A program made the position numbers and the translations under genes. DNA of 64,000 nucleotides from an uncultured Candidatus Rokubacteria bacterium (lineage in GTDB: Bacteria; Methylomirabilota; Methylomirabilia; Rokubacteriales; CSP1-6): the NCBI GenBank assembly GCA_963762145.1, contig CAVXJS010000009.1:576001-640000 (forward strand). Direction: 5' to 3'. How positions within the stretch are numbered: position 1 is the stretch's first letter; every line of letters starts with the position of its first letter. Positions 13,115 through 24,546 of this stretch are shown piece after piece. Below the pieces are notes generated by a model, which saw only the letters and a program-made list of their open reading frames with translations, was not told the DNA's origin and searched no databases.

Positions 13115-14302
13115 ATGGCCGAGCTGCTCCTCCGCAACGTGCGCCCGCTGGGCGGCCCCGCCGCCGACGTGCTGGTCCGCGACGGAGCCATCACGCGCAT
13201 CGCCCCCGGCATCGAGCCCGCGCCGGACGCCACCGTGATCGACGGCGCCAACGGCATCCTGTTGCCCGGTCTGGTCGACGCACACATGCACCTCGACAAG
13301 ACCTTCTGGGGGCTGCCGTGGCGTGCCCACGAGGCCGGGCCCACCACGATCGAGCGCATCGAGAACGAGCGGCGCCTCCGGCGGGAGCTGCGGCTGCCCG
13401 CCGACGTACAGGCGGAGCGGCTGGTACGGCAGGCGGTGAGCCGCGGCACGGTGCACATCCGGACCCACGTGGACGTGGACACCGAGATCGGCCTGCGCAA
13501 CTTCGAGGGCGTCATGACCGCACGGAGCCGCCTCCGGGACTCGGTCTCGATCCAGGTCGTGGCGTTCCCGCAGAGCGGCGTGGTCAGCCGGCCGGGCACC
13601 GCGGAGCTGCTCGAGCGCGCGGTGAAGGACGGCGCCGAGCTGATCGGCGGCGTGGATCCCACCGGGATCGATCAGGACGCCAAGGGCCAGCTCGACGTGG
13701 TCTTCGGCATCGCGGGACGCTACGGGGCGGGCGTGGACATCCACCTGCACGATCCCGGCGAGCCGGGCGCGGCGCAGATCCGCATGATCGCCGAGCGGAC
13801 ACGGGCGCTCGGGCTGGGTGGCAAGGTCGCGGTGAGCCACGCGTTCTGCCTCGGCATGGTGGACGAGCCCGAGGTCGCGCGGCTCGTCGACCTCCTTCGC
13901 GAGGACCGGATCGCGATCATGACGACCGCGCCGGGCGACCGGCCGACGCCGCCGGTGAGGCGGCTGCGGGAAGCGGGCGTCGCGGTGGGTGCGGGATCCG
14001 ACGGCGTGCGTGACGCGTGGACGCCCTTCGGCAATGCGGACATGCTCGAGCGCGCGATGCTGATCGCCTACCGCAACGGCTTCCGCACCGACGCGCTGGT
14101 CCACGGCGCGCTCGACGTCGTCACGCGGGGCAACGCGGCGGTCCTCGGCCTCGCGCGCTACGGCCTCTCGGTCGGCGACCGCGCCGACTTCGTGGTGCTC
14201 CCGGGCGAGACGCTCGGCGAGCTGGTGGCGATGCGCCCGCCCCGCGCCTGGGTGATCGGCGGCGGCCGGATCATCGCCCGGGATGGACGATGCGTTCTCT
14301 GA
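13115..14302 (+). CDS. Amidohydrolase, cytosine deaminase (CodA)-like
   Basis: PGLVDAHMHLDK, VAFPQSG, DIHLH, VSHAFC, GSDGVRDAWTPFG. Confidence 0.85.
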   Translation: MAELLLRNVRPLGGPAADVLVRDGAITRIAPGIEPAPDATVIDGANGILLPGLVDAHMHLDKTFWGLPWRAHEAGPTTIERIENERRLRRELRLPADVQAERLVRQAVSRGTVHIRTHVDVDTEIGLRNFEGVMTARSRLRDSVSIQVVAFPQSGVVSRPGTAELLERAVKDGAELIGGVDPTGIDQDAKGQLDVVFGIAGRYGAGVDIHLHDPGEPGAAQIRMIAERTRALGLGGKVAVSHAFCLGMVDEPEVARLVDLLREDRIAIMTTAPGDRPTPPVRRLREAGVAVGAGSDGVRDAWTPFGNADMLERAMLIAYRNGFRTDALVHGALDVVTRGNAAVLGLARYGLSVGDRADFVVLPGETLGELVAMRPPRAWVIGGGRIIARDGRCVL

Positions 14303-15099
14303 GGGCCCTCCCCGGGGCTCTCGTCACTCTCTACCTGCTAGGAGCTTGCCCCACCATGGCATCGATCTCTCCGGCTGTCCGCTCCGACCTCGCGCCGACC
14401 GGCACGATGCGCGTCGGCATCAACCACGGCAACCTGGTGCTCGCCCAGAAGAACGCCACCACCGGCGAGGTGAAGGGCGTCGCGGTGGACCTGGCCCACG
14501 AGCTGGGCCGCCGGCTCGGCGTGCCGGTCGGGCTGGTCCAGTACGGCTCGGCCGGCCAGATGACGGACGCGCTCGCCACCGGGGCGTGGGACGTCGCGTT
14601 CCTGGCGCGCGAGGCGGGCCGCGCGGGCGAGATCGGCTTCACCGCGCCGCACCTGCTGATCGAGGGCACCTACCTGATCCCGGCCGGCGCGCCCTACACC
14701 CGCGTCCCCGACGTCGATCGCGCCGGCGTGCGCATCGCGGTCTCCGAGAAGAGCGCCTACGACCACTACCTCACCCGCAACATCAAGCAGGCCACGCTGG
14801 TGCGTGCACCCGGCAACAGCGCCGGGGTCGGCCTCGTGCAGGGCGGCAAGGCCGACGTCATCGCCGGGGTGCGCCAGCTCCTCCTGATGGATCAGGCCAA
14901 GCTGCCCGGCTCGAAGGTGCTCGACGACCGCTTCATGGTGATCGAGCAGGCGATGGGCCTGCCCAAGGGCCGCGACGCGGGCCTCGCCTACGCCAGGGCC
15001 TTCATCGAGGAGATGAAGGCCTCCGGCTTCGTCGCGCAGGCCCTGGAGAAGTCCGGCGTGCGCGGCGTCCCGGTCGCCCCGCCCGAACCCGCGGGCTGA
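14290..15099 (+). CDS. Amino-acid-type substrate-binding protein (family 3), probable lipoprotein
   Basis: Signal peptide with LLGAC lipobox; LAPTGTMRVGIN, WDVAF, FIEEMKASGFV. Confidence 0.8.
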   Translation: MRSLRALPGALVTLYLLGACPTMASISPAVRSDLAPTGTMRVGINHGNLVLAQKNATTGEVKGVAVDLAHELGRRLGVPVGLVQYGSAGQMTDALATGAWDVAFLAREAGRAGEIGFTAPHLLIEGTYLIPAGAPYTRVPDVDRAGVRIAVSEKSAYDHYLTRNIKQATLVRAPGNSAGVGLVQGGKADVIAGVRQLLLMDQAKLPGSKVLDDRFMVIEQAMGLPKGRDAGLAYARAFIEEMKASGFVAQALEKSGVRGVPVAPPEPAG

Positions 15100-15178
15100 C
15101 CGCACGTCGCCGAGCGCCCAGTCCCGGCGGGTCCCGGCAGGTGGTTCGAGCGCGGGCTACGCCCGCGCACCCGATCTT

Positions 15179-15217
15179 GGGGGGAGGTCCGGAAGGGGGG
15201 CAAAGCCCCCCTCCGGA
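15179..15217. repeat. GC-rich palindrome between convergent genes (REP-like / bidirectional terminator)
   Basis: GGGGGGAGG leader then TCCGGAAGGGGGGC-AAA-GCCCCCCTCCGGA hairpin; leader resembles family A. Confidence 0.6.
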
Positions 15218-15218
15218 T

Positions 15219-15584
15219 TTAGACCAGGGGGACGATCGCGTAGAAACGCGGGGTCGCTCCGACCGCGCGGGTGACGTGGCCCCGGCCGGTGAGATCCTCG
15301 GCCAGCAGCACGTCGCCCGGCCCGACGCGGACGACGGTGCCGTCGCCCACCTCGATCTCCGCCTGCCCGGACAGCGTGATCGAGTACTGCCGCCGCGGCG
15401 CGCAGTGCCAGTCGAGCACGTAACCCGGCGGAGCCACCCGGAACGCGAGGCCCGCGACGGCCTGCATCGGCGTGCCTTCTCCGTGCGCGCCCTCGGTATC
15501 GGTGAAGGGCTTCATGGCGAGCGGCATCTCCTCGACATGCGACTGCCCGTCCGCGCCGCTGTAGACCCGCCAGATTTTCGGCAT
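15219..15584 (-). CDS. Cupin-like protein
   Basis: DGQSH, WHCAPRRQY, GPGDVLLAEDLTGRGH. Confidence 0.8.
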   Translation of the reverse strand: MPKIWRVYSGADGQSHVEEMPLAMKPFTDTEGAHGEGTPMQAVAGLAFRVAPPGYVLDWHCAPRRQYSITLSGQAEIEVGDGTVVRVGPGDVLLAEDLTGRGHVTRAVGATPRFYAIVPLV

Positions 15585-15614
15585 GCGATCCCTCCGTGGG
15601 AAGCTCGGTGAGCG

Positions 15615-16352
15615 CTAGAACTGCACGCGGCGCAGGACGGCGCGCGGCAGGGCGCGGATGACCAGCATGATCCACCGCCAGATACCCGGCGCATAGACCT
15701 GGTGGCGGCCCCGGTCGATGGCCCGCACCACCGCGGCGGCCACCGCCTCCGGCTCGCCCGCGAAGGGTGGGACGGGCAGCCCCGCCGTCATCGCGGTCCG
15801 GACGAACCCGGGCTTCACGCACAGCACGCGCACGCCGCGCTCGCGATACGCCAGGTCGAGGCCGTCGAGGAACACCGAGAGCCCGGCCTTCGACGCCCCG
15901 TAGAGATAGTTGCTTCGCCGGGCCCGGTCGCCCGCCACGCTGCTGAACGCGCAGACGAGTCCCCCGCCCTGCGCGGCCAGCCGTACCGCGGCCTGCTGGC
16001 AGAGCAGCACCGTGCCCGTGAAGTTGATCTCGAGCAGCGCGGCCAGGCGCGCGGGATCGGCGGCCAGATCCTCCTGCCGGCCGAAGGCGCCTCCGGTGAC
16101 CACGAGGGCGTCGAGGCCGCCCAGTGCGCGATGGGCCGCGTCGAGCGCCTCGGGGAATCCGACCGGCCGGCCCAGGTCGAGCGGGGCGTGACCCACCGGC
16201 GCGCGCAGCCCGCGCGCCTCCAGGTCGCGCGCGGACAGCGCCATCTCGGCCGCGTCGCGGCCCAGCAGGAAGAGCGCGTCGCCCCGCTCGGCGAGCCGCC
16301 GCGCCAGCGCGCGGCCCATGCCCCGGGTCGCGCCGACGAAGGCCACCTTCAC
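15615..16352 (-). CDS. SDR, DprE2-like decaprenylphosphoryl-2-keto-ribose reductase
   Basis: GTG overlaps the dprE1-like stop; [39 protein letters not shown], typical of the Rv3791 family. Confidence 0.8.
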   Translation of the reverse strand: MKVAFVGATRGMGRALARRLAERGDALFLLGRDAAEMALSARDLEARGLRAPVGHAPLDLGRPVGFPEALDAAHRALGGLDALVVTGGAFGRQEDLAADPARLAALLEINFTGTVLLCQQAAVRLAAQGGGLVCAFSSVAGDRARRSNYLYGASKAGLSVFLDGLDLAYRERGVRVLCVKPGFVRTAMTAGLPVPPFAGEPEAVAAAVVRAIDRGRHQVYAPGIWRWIMLVIRALPRAVLRRVQF

Positions 16353-17690
16353 GCGCGGTCCCCGAGGAGCCGGACGGACTGCGCGGAGCGGAAGCGGTGG
16401 TCCGGATCCCAGCGGTCGCGCACCGCGCGCCACTCGGCGAGGCGCGGCATCATCCGCGCGAAATCCTCGGCCCGGGTCACCGCGTCCTTGGCGAGATAGA
16501 CCCGCCCGCCGTGGGCGATCACCATCGCGTTCAGCTCGTGGATCAGCGCCTCGGAAGCGGCGCCGCGATACGGCAGGTCGAGGGCCAGCGTGGTGCCTTC
16601 GATCGGAAAGGACAGATAGGCGTCCGAGGCGGGACCGCAGTCCTTGATCACGGCCAGGAACGACGCCGCGCCGGCCGCGGCCAGCCGGTCGAGGATCGCG
16701 ACGAGCGGGGCGGCGCCCGCCGCGCGCGGCAGCACGCACTGGTACTGGAGGAATCCCCGGCGTCCGTAGAGCCGGTTCCATTGCCCCACCGCGTCGAGCG
16801 GGTAGAAGAACCGGTCGCAGGAGACCACCCGCCGCTTGAGCGTCCCGCCGTGCAGCCGGTAGTAGCCGTAGTTGAACCAGCGCATGAAGAGCGGGTTCAG
16901 CAGCCACTCCGGAGCGTCCACCGGGACGGCGAGCGGCAGGCCGCGGGGCAGCCGGCGCCCGGCCGCCTCCACCGCGGTCGCGTGGCGGCCGCGCATGAGG
17001 ACGCCGCGGCCCACCGCGCGCCCCTGCGCCAGGCAATCGATCCAGCCGACGGTGTAGGGCCAGTCGTCCGCACTTCGCTTGAGCCCGGCCAGCATGGCCT
17101 CGAGTGAGTCCACGCCCACCGTCTCCAGCACGATCCACGGCGACTCCACCCGGCGGAGCCTCAGCGTGACCTCCACGATCAGGCCGGTGAGCCCCATGCC
17201 CCCCACGGTGGCGAGGAAGAGCTCCCGCTCGAGCGTCGGCCCGCACGGGACGCGCCGGCCGTCGGCGGTGATCAGCACGAGGCGGTCCACGAACTGGCCG
17301 AAGGAGCCGTCGCGGTGGTGATTCTTGCCGTGGACGTCGCAGGCCACGCACGCCCCGACCGTGACGAACTTGGTGCCGGGGGTGACCGGCGGAAACCAGC
17401 CGCGCGGCGCGAACACGCGCAGGATCTCGGCGAGGCTCAGCCCCGCCTCGCAGGTGAGGCGCCCGCTGTCGCCCTCGAACCCCAGGATGCGATCGGCCCG
17501 CGTGCACTCGACCACGATCCCGCCCGGCGCCGCCGGCATCGCCGCGTCGCCGTAGGCGCGGCCCAGGCCTCGCGCGATCACCGGCTCCCCGTCCGCCGGC
17601 AGGGCCGGCGTCGCCCGAGCGGTCCACCCGCGCGCGCCCCACCGGATGGCGGCCCCAGCCCGCGAGCGCCTCCAGCGGCAGCTCGCTCAC
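16349..17690 (-). CDS. FAD-binding oxidoreductase, DprE1-like; frameshift near 17610
   Basis: LAGWGRHP in one frame, then IARGLGRAYGDAA, PVTPGTKFVTVG, DVHGKNHH, YGRRGFLQYQ, GGRVYLAKD (Rv3790 motifs). Confidence 0.85.
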
Positions 17691-18598
17691 GGCGTCCAGC
17701 GCGCGAGCCACGCGGACCCCCAGACCGGGCCGTAGATGATCACGAGAAGCGCCAGCATCCAGAGGCCGGTATTGACGAGGAGCGCGCGGTCGTTGAGCAG
17801 GAGGTCGGACGGGTTGCCGCCCATGTCTCGACGGTAGAGCAGGTAGAGATACCGGAAGACGCCGTAGAGCACGAAGGGCAGCGTCACCGGCAGGAGCCGC
17901 GTGTTGAACTTGGCCACCGTCTCCGGGGACATGGTGTAGAGCGCGTAGGCGGTCACGGTGGACGCGGTGACCACCGCCACCATCTGGTCGAGGAAGCTCT
18001 CGCTGTACTCGGCGAGGATGGGCCGATGCGCCGCCGCGTCCCCCTTGAGCGTCCGGTACTCGTGCCGGCGCTTGCCCAGGGCCAGGAAGAGCGCGACCAG
18101 GATCGTGCAGATCACGAGCCAGCCCGAGATCTCGACCGCGATGGCCTCGGCGCCCGCCACCGCGCGGAGCACGAAGCCCGCGGCCACCGTGAGCACGTCG
18201 AGGATCACCAGGTGCTTGAGCCACACCGAGTACGCGGTCAGGAGCGCCGCGTAGGCGGCGGCCGCGAGCCCGAAGCCCCACGCGAGGGAGAAGGCCGCGA
18301 TGAGGCTGCCGACCAGCAGCGCGATGCCGAGCGCGAGGGCCACGGGCACCGGCAGGGCGCCCCGCGCGATGGGCCGGAAGCGCTTCCCGGGATGCAGCCG
18401 GTCCTTCTCCACGTCGGCCACGTCGTTGAACACGTAGATGGCGCCGGAGAGGGCGCAGAAGATCAGGAACGCGCCCAGCGCCGGCCACACGAGCGGGGTG
18501 AACAGGTTCTGCGAGAAGATCAGGCCGGCGAAGACGAAGAGATTCTTCACCCACTGCCGCGGGCGAAGGGAGAGGAGCGCGGCGGTCAGGAGCCTCAC
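17687..18598 (-). CDS. UbiA-family polyprenyl-phosphate phosphoribosyltransferase (Rv3806c/NoeC-like)
   Basis: LRPRQWVKN, YVFNDVADVEKDRLHPGKRFRPIA, GFVLRA, KRRHE; multi-TM. Confidence 0.88.
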   Translation of the reverse strand: MRLLTAALLSLRPRQWVKNLFVFAGLIFSQNLFTPLVWPALGAFLIFCALSGAIYVFNDVADVEKDRLHPGKRFRPIARGALPVPVALALGIALLVGSLIAAFSLAWGFGLAAAAYAALLTAYSVWLKHLVILDVLTVAAGFVLRAVAGAEAIAVEISGWLVICTILVALFLALGKRRHEYRTLKGDAAAHRPILAEYSESFLDQMVAVVTASTVTAYALYTMSPETVAKFNTRLLPVTLPFVLYGVFRYLYLLYRRDMGGNPSDLLLNDRALLVNTGLWMLALLVIIYGPVWGSAWLARWTP

Positions 18599-18604
18599 GC
18601 GGTC

Positions 18605-19926
18605 TCAGATCGTGATGACGTGACGGAAGGCCCCCTGCGCTCCGGTGGCGTTGCGGGTGTCCAGCACGAGCCGTGCGTCCCGGACCAGCCGCGCCGGCTC
18701 GAACTCGGGATGCGCGGTGAGCACCACCACGAGGTCGTAGGCGGAGAGATCGGCCTGCGCCCACGCCACGCTCTTGAGGAGCTGGCCGCCCACCTCGATC
18801 TGCGGCACCCGGGGATCGGCATAGTCGAGCCGCGCGCCGCGCGCCAGGAGATCCGCGATGATCTCGAGCGCGGGCGAATCACGGATGTCTCCGACGCCCG
18901 CCTTGTACGCCACCCCGAGCGCCAGGATGCGCGAGCCCCTCACCGCCTTCGACCGGTCGTTGAGCGCTTCGGTGGCGAGCTCCACCACGTAGCGGGGCAT
19001 GCCGCCGTTGATCTCGTCCGCGAAAGCGATGAACTTGGCCTCGTAGCCGGCGAGCCGCGTCCGCCAGGAGAGATAGTGCGGGTCGCTCGGCAGGCAGTGG
19101 CCGCCGATCCCGGCCCCGGGGAGAAGGGCATGAACCCGAAGGGCTTGGTGGCGGCCGCGCCGATCACCTCCCAGACCGACATGCCGAGCCGGCGGCACAT
19201 GATGGCCAGCTCGTTGACGAGGGCGATGTTGACGCTGCGGAAGGTGTTCTCGAAGAGCTTCACCATCTCCGCGACCTGCGTGGAGGACACCGGGACGACG
19301 CGGTCGATGATCTGAGCGTAGAGGGTCTCGACCAGATGACGGCACACCGGAGTCACACCGCCCACCACCTTGGGGATGCGCGAGAGCCCCCACGTCTGGT
19401 TCCCGGGATCGATGCGCTCCGGCGAGAACCCGAGGAAGAACTCCTCGCCGACCCGGAGCCCGCGGGCGCTCATGCGCGGCAGCAGCACCTCGTCGGTGGT
19501 ACCGGGATAGGTGGTGGACTCGAGCACCACGAGCGTGCCGGGCCGCAGCACGCGGGCCACGCCGTCGGCCGCCGCCACGATGAAGGAGATGTCGGGCTCC
19601 TTGGACTTTCCGAGCGGCGTGGGCACGCAGATGACGATGGCGTCGGCCTCGCCCAGCGGGTCGGGAGCGGAGTGGATGACGAGGCGCCCGCTCTGCACCA
19701 GCGGCGCCAGCTCCGCGGTGGGCACGTCCTCGACCGGGCTCAGGCCGCCGGCCAGGAGCGTGGTGCGGGCGGGATCGGCGTCCACGCCGACGACCTGAAA
19801 GCCGGCGCGCGCGAAGGCCACCGCGAGCGGCAGCCCGACGTACCCCAGGCCCACCACGCCCACCGTGGCGGAGCGGCTCTTCAGGCGCTCCTCGAGCCGC
19901 GACCCGAGCGCGCCGAGCGCGGTCAT
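18605..19926 (-). CDS. Nucleotide-sugar dehydrogenase (WbpA/TviB-like UDP-GlcNAc 6-dehydrogenase); frameshift ~19110
   Basis: GLGYVGLP, ESTTYPGTT, FSPERIDPG, KLFENTFR, then GIGGHCLP in the next frame, GVAYK. Confidence 0.9.
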
Positions 19927-21030
19927 CACATCACCTGGGCGAGCGCCCGCTTGATCGCGTCCACCACCTGGTCCACCTCCGGATCCAGGAGCTCGGGGAA
20001 GCACGGCAGGCACAGCACCTCGGCGGCGGCCTGGGTGGCCACCGGGAAATCGCGGTCCGCGTTCGGCTGCGAGAAGAGCGGCTGGGCGGGGATCGTGCTC
20101 GGGTAGTGGACGGCCGTGCCGACCCCCAGTCCGGCGAGGGCCGCCACGAGCGCCTCGCGCTTGGCCGATCGCACCGTGTACTGGTGGTAGATGTGCCGCG
20201 CGGGCGCCCGCTCCACCGGGAGCGCGAGAGGCAGGCCGGCGAGCGCGGTGTCGTAGTGGCGGGCGATCGCGCGGCGCCGCTCGTTCCAGCCGGCCAGGCG
20301 CGGGAGCTTCACGCGCAGCAGCGCGGCCTGCAGCTCGTCGAGCCGGCTGCACCCGCCGAGCTCGACGTGCGTGTACCGGCGGGGCGCGCCGTGGTCGCGG
20401 AGCAGGCGGACGCGCTCGGCCACATCGTCGCGCGTGGTCAGCACCATGCCGCCGTCGCCGCAGGCGCCCAGGTTCTTGGTCGGGTAGAACGACAGCGTGG
20501 TGGCGTCGGCCCACGCGGCCACCGGGCGGCCCGCGTAGGAGGCGCCCACCGACTGCGCCGCATCGGCCACGATCGCGAGGCCGCGCATCCGGGCCAGATC
20601 GCCGAGCGCGTCCATCGCGGCCACCTGCCCGTAGAGGTAGACCGGCACGATGGCGCGGGTGCGCGACGTGATCGCGCGCTCCACCCGGGCCGGATCCAGG
20701 TTGAACGTGTCCGGCTCGATGTCCACGTAGACCGGGGTGGCGCCCGCCATCACGATGGTGGTGGCGGAGGCCACGAAGGAGAACGCGGAGGTGATGACCT
20801 CGTCGCCCGGCTTGACCCCGACCGCCTTGAGCGCGAGCAGCAGGGCGTCGGTGCCGGACCCGGTTCCGACCCCGTGGCGCGCCCCGCACGAGCTCGGCCA
20901 GCTCGCGCTCGAGGCCCTGCCCCTCGGGCCCCAGGACGAATCGGCAGGAGTCGAGCACGCGCGCGGCCGCGGCCATCAGCTCGGCGCGCAGGGACTCGTG
21001 CTGCCGCTTGAGGTCGATCTGGGGAATCAT
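19926..21030 (-). CDS. DegT/DnrJ/EryC1 PLP aminotransferase; frameshift ~20890
   Basis: MIPQIDLKRQH, SGTDAL, DAAQS, SFYPTKNLGACGDGG, SRLDELQAA. Confidence 0.9.
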
Positions 21031-23242
21031 CAGAAGCCCGGACGCGCCGAGGTCCCCAGCTGGCCGATGCCGAGCAGGTTGATCGAGACGCGGAACTCGT
21101 TCTCGTCCCCGTGCCGGTTCACGTACTCGGCCAGGATGGACCAGCAGCTGAAGCGCCAATCGATACCCACCCGGTTCTCGATGGCCCGCCCTTTCAGCAC
21201 GTCCCACGCGCTCAGGGTGCGGACGTCGAAGTTGTTCAGCACCTTCACCCACGCTTCCGCTTTCAGGTACTCGCTGCTGCCCTGCTCGTTGAAGCGGGGG
21301 CCCACCGCGACCACGAAGCGCGGATACGTGAGGCGGATATCGGCGTTGGCTTCCCGCAGCCCCAGACCGTAGACATTGTACCGGGCATCGGCGTGGAAGC
21401 CGATCCTTTGGTTCGGGTTGAACGTGAGATCGGCGTAGGTGTCCTTGAACGGCTCGGAGACGGGATTCATGTTGTAGGTCTGGCTGAGGGTGAAGCGAAC
21501 CATCTCCCAGCGCACCGGCTGCGTGTCCGGTCCGGACACCGTCTTGGCGTTCAGGAGTTGGTGAGGTAGTAGGTGACTTCGTTGGCCTTGCCGAGATCAT
21601 CGATGCCGGTTCGCCGCTCGTAGCCGGGATCGATCCCGGAGGAGGTGCTGAAGCCCGGGTCGTACTTGGGATAGTCCTTCTGGTCCCACCCGCGGATCTC
21701 GATGAGCTTCACCCGGGGCTCGATGACGTGCTGGTAGGCCGCGACACTGCCGCTGCCGTCCGTCGTGTAGACGCGTGAGACGCGGCTCTCCACCTCCACC
21801 CCGAACTCCCCCTGTCGTCGGACGCGCGGATCGTACACGGTGTCCTCGACGTTCTGACCGCTGGCCAGCGAGATGTGCTGGTTGACGAGGCGCTGGTCGT
21901 AGTAGGTCAGGCGGCCGCCGATGAACGGAGTGACCGTGAACAGACCGGCCACCGGGATCGGCCGGAGGAGCCGCGGATGAAAGTCGGCCCGGATGCCTCC
22001 GGGCCCGAGGTAGCGGAAGAAGTTGACGAAGCTCGCGTTGGTCTCGTAGAGCAGGCCGGGAACTCCGGGCACCTGCTGCCGGAGGCCGAGGACCCGGATC
22101 TCGGGAATCCGCTGCAGCTCGACGGGGGCCCCGGTGCTGAGGTCCTGGTACCACAACACCCGGCCGACCGCGCTCCAGCTGTCCCAGGTCTGGGTGACGA
22201 ACACGTTCGTCTCGGCCCGCTGGCTGGCGCGCTCCGGGAGCCGGTTGCCGTAGTCGCGAAAGATGAGGTCGTCGGTGACGACGTTCGCGTTGACCTTGAA
22301 CGACAACCGGGAGTTGATCTGCCAGTCGTGGCGAAACGACAGCCAGCCGCGGTTCTCGTTCAGCTTTGGCTCGTCGCGAAGGAACTCGTCCACGCCAAAG
22401 GCCCTCAGCTCACCGCGCTGATCCCGGGACATCACGTAGCGGTAGTCGCCTTCGATCCCGATACCGCGCTTGGTGTAGCCGTCGAGGCTCACCGTGAGGT
22501 CCTGGCTGTCGTTGATCGCCCAGAAGTACGGGACCTTGGTGAAGAATCCCTTGCGCGACGACGTGCCGAACTCCGGGAAGAGGAAGCCCGACTGACGCTC
22601 GCGCCGCAGGGCCGCGGCGAAGAACGGCACCCACGGCAGCACCGGAATGCCCTTCACCCAGAACGAGGCGTCGCGGCCGTAGACGATGTCATCGAGGTCG
22701 GCGGTGCCCTCGCCGAACCGGAACGACCAGGGCGGGTCGTCGCCCTCGCAGGTGGTGAACACCCCGCGCCGCATCTCGTAGACGCTGTCCCCGACGCGGT
22801 CCATCCGGTCTGCCGAGAGGTGGTAGTAGGGCGCCGAGACCGCGGATCCTTTGTGGACTACCCCGGTGCCGGTCTTGAGGTTGTAGTCGATACGCTCGCC
22901 CACCAGGCGGTCCGGCCCGTCGTAGAAGACCACCTTGCCCTGCGCCACCGCCTGGCCGGTATCGCGGTTGAGCTCCACGCGGTCGGCGAGCAGGCGGGTC
23001 TGGCCGCGGATGATCTCCACGTTGCCGATCGCGATGAGCAGGTCGCTCGAGCCGCCCACCTGCTGGAGCTGGTCGGCGATCACGGTGGCTTCCTCGCCGC
23101 CCGCGCGGATGGTCGCGACGCCCGGCTGGGCCCACGCCGAGCCGGCGCCGGCACCCATGACGGCCTCGACCGAGAACAGGACCGCGAGCAGGAGCCCCTT
23201 AGGGCCGGACATCGAGCGGGCGGGGAGCCGGGGAGCCGACAT
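21030..23242 (-). CDS. lptD: LPS-assembly outer membrane protein LptD; frameshift ~21552
   Basis: Signal peptide, OstA-like N-domain (LLADRVEL, FTTCEGDDPPWSF), RQSGFLFPEFGTSSRKG, beta-barrel ending CWSI...INLLGIG. Confidence 0.85.
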
Positions 23243-23253
23243 GCTCGCCCATG

Positions 23254-24546
23254 CTAGCAGCGGGCTCCGGCCGTGAAAAGAACATCCTGCCCGTCGTCCG
23301 CGGCGGCCAGGACGTCGCCGATCAGCGAGAGCGAGCCGGCCACGCACACGATCCCGTGCGGATCCTCGGCGGTGGCCATGGCGAGCGCGGCCGGCGCCGA
23401 CGGGGCAACCGCCGCGGGCGTGCCCGCGGGCAGCAGGGCCCGCAGCGCATCCGGCGAGGCCGCGCGGGGATTCGCGGACGCGGTGAGGATGACGCGAGCG
23501 GCCAGCGGCCGGAGGGCGGCCAGGATGCCGCCCGCGTCCTTGTCGGCGAGCACGCCGATGACGAAGGTCACGGGCCGGCCGGGAAAATACGCGCGCAGCG
23601 ATGCCGCGAGGGCCCGGGCCCCCGCCGGGTTGTGGGCCCCGTCCAGGATGACGAGCGGCTCCCGGCGGAAGATCTGGAACCGTCCGGGCCAGCGGGCGCC
23701 CCGCAGGCCCGCGCGGACCGCGCCCTCGTCCGCCCCCAGCTCCCGCGCCGCCGCGGCCGCGAGCAGGGCGTTGCCCGGCTGGTAGACGCCGAGCAGCCCG
23801 CAGGCCACGTCGGGCATCCGCCAGCCCCGTCCTTCCAGGTCGAGCCGCTGGGCCTCGAGGGTGAATCCGAGCGGAGTGACGCGCAGGTCGCGGCCTTCGA
23901 GCGACAGCGGCACCCCGGCCTCCGCGGCGCGGCGAGTGATGACCGCCGCGGCTTCCGGGTCCTGTCGCGCCGAGAAGGCCACCCCGCTCCGGATGATCGC
24001 CGCCTTCTCGGCCGCGATCAGGGTCAGGGTATCGCCCAGCTCGTGCTGGTGATCGTAGTCGATCGGGCCGAGGACGACCACGCGCGGCCGGCCCACGGTG
24101 GTGGCGTCGAGCCGGCCCCCGAGGCCGACCTCCAGGACCGCCACGTCCACCCGCTCGCGGCAGAAGTGGTCCAGGGCGAGCGCGGTCCCCGCTTCGAAGA
24201 CGCTGAGGTCGAGCCGGGTGATGAGCGTGCCGAGGGCGTCCACGCCGTCCACGAAATCGGATTCGGAGATCGGCCGGCCGTTCACGCGGATGCGCTCGCG
24301 ATAGTGGGCGAGGTGCGGCGAGGTGTAGAGACCGACTCGGCGGCCCGCAGCCTGGAGGATCGCGGCGAGCATGGCCGAGATCGAGCCCTTGCCGTTGGTG
24401 CCGCCCACCTGGGCGATGGTGAAGGCCTGCTCGGGCCGCCCGATCGCGTCGAGCATCGCCTCGATGCGCTCGAGGCCGGGGCGCATGCCCGCCCGCTCCC
24501 CGCCGCGCAGCGCGAGGATGCGGGCCACGGCCTCCGCGTACGTCAT
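23254..24546 (-). CDS. folC: Folylpolyglutamate synthase/dihydrofolate synthase
   Basis: GGTNGKGS, YTSPHL, EVGLGGRLDAT, WPGRF, LDGAHNPAG. Confidence 0.93.
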   Translation of the reverse strand: MTYAEAVARILALRGGERAGMRPGLERIEAMLDAIGRPEQAFTIAQVGGTNGKGSISAMLAAILQAAGRRVGLYTSPHLAHYRERIRVNGRPISESDFVDGVDALGTLITRLDLSVFEAGTALALDHFCRERVDVAVLEVGLGGRLDATTVGRPRVVVLGPIDYDHQHELGDTLTLIAAEKAAIIRSGVAFSARQDPEAAAVITRRAAEAGVPLSLEGRDLRVTPLGFTLEAQRLDLEGRGWRMPDVACGLLGVYQPGNALLAAAAARELGADEGAVRAGLRGARWPGRFQIFRREPLVILDGAHNPAGARALAASLRAYFPGRPVTFVIGVLADKDAGGILAALRPLAARVILTASANPRAASPDALRALLPAGTPAAVAPSAPAALAMATAEDPHGIVCVAGSLSLIGDVLAAADDGQDVLFTAGARC

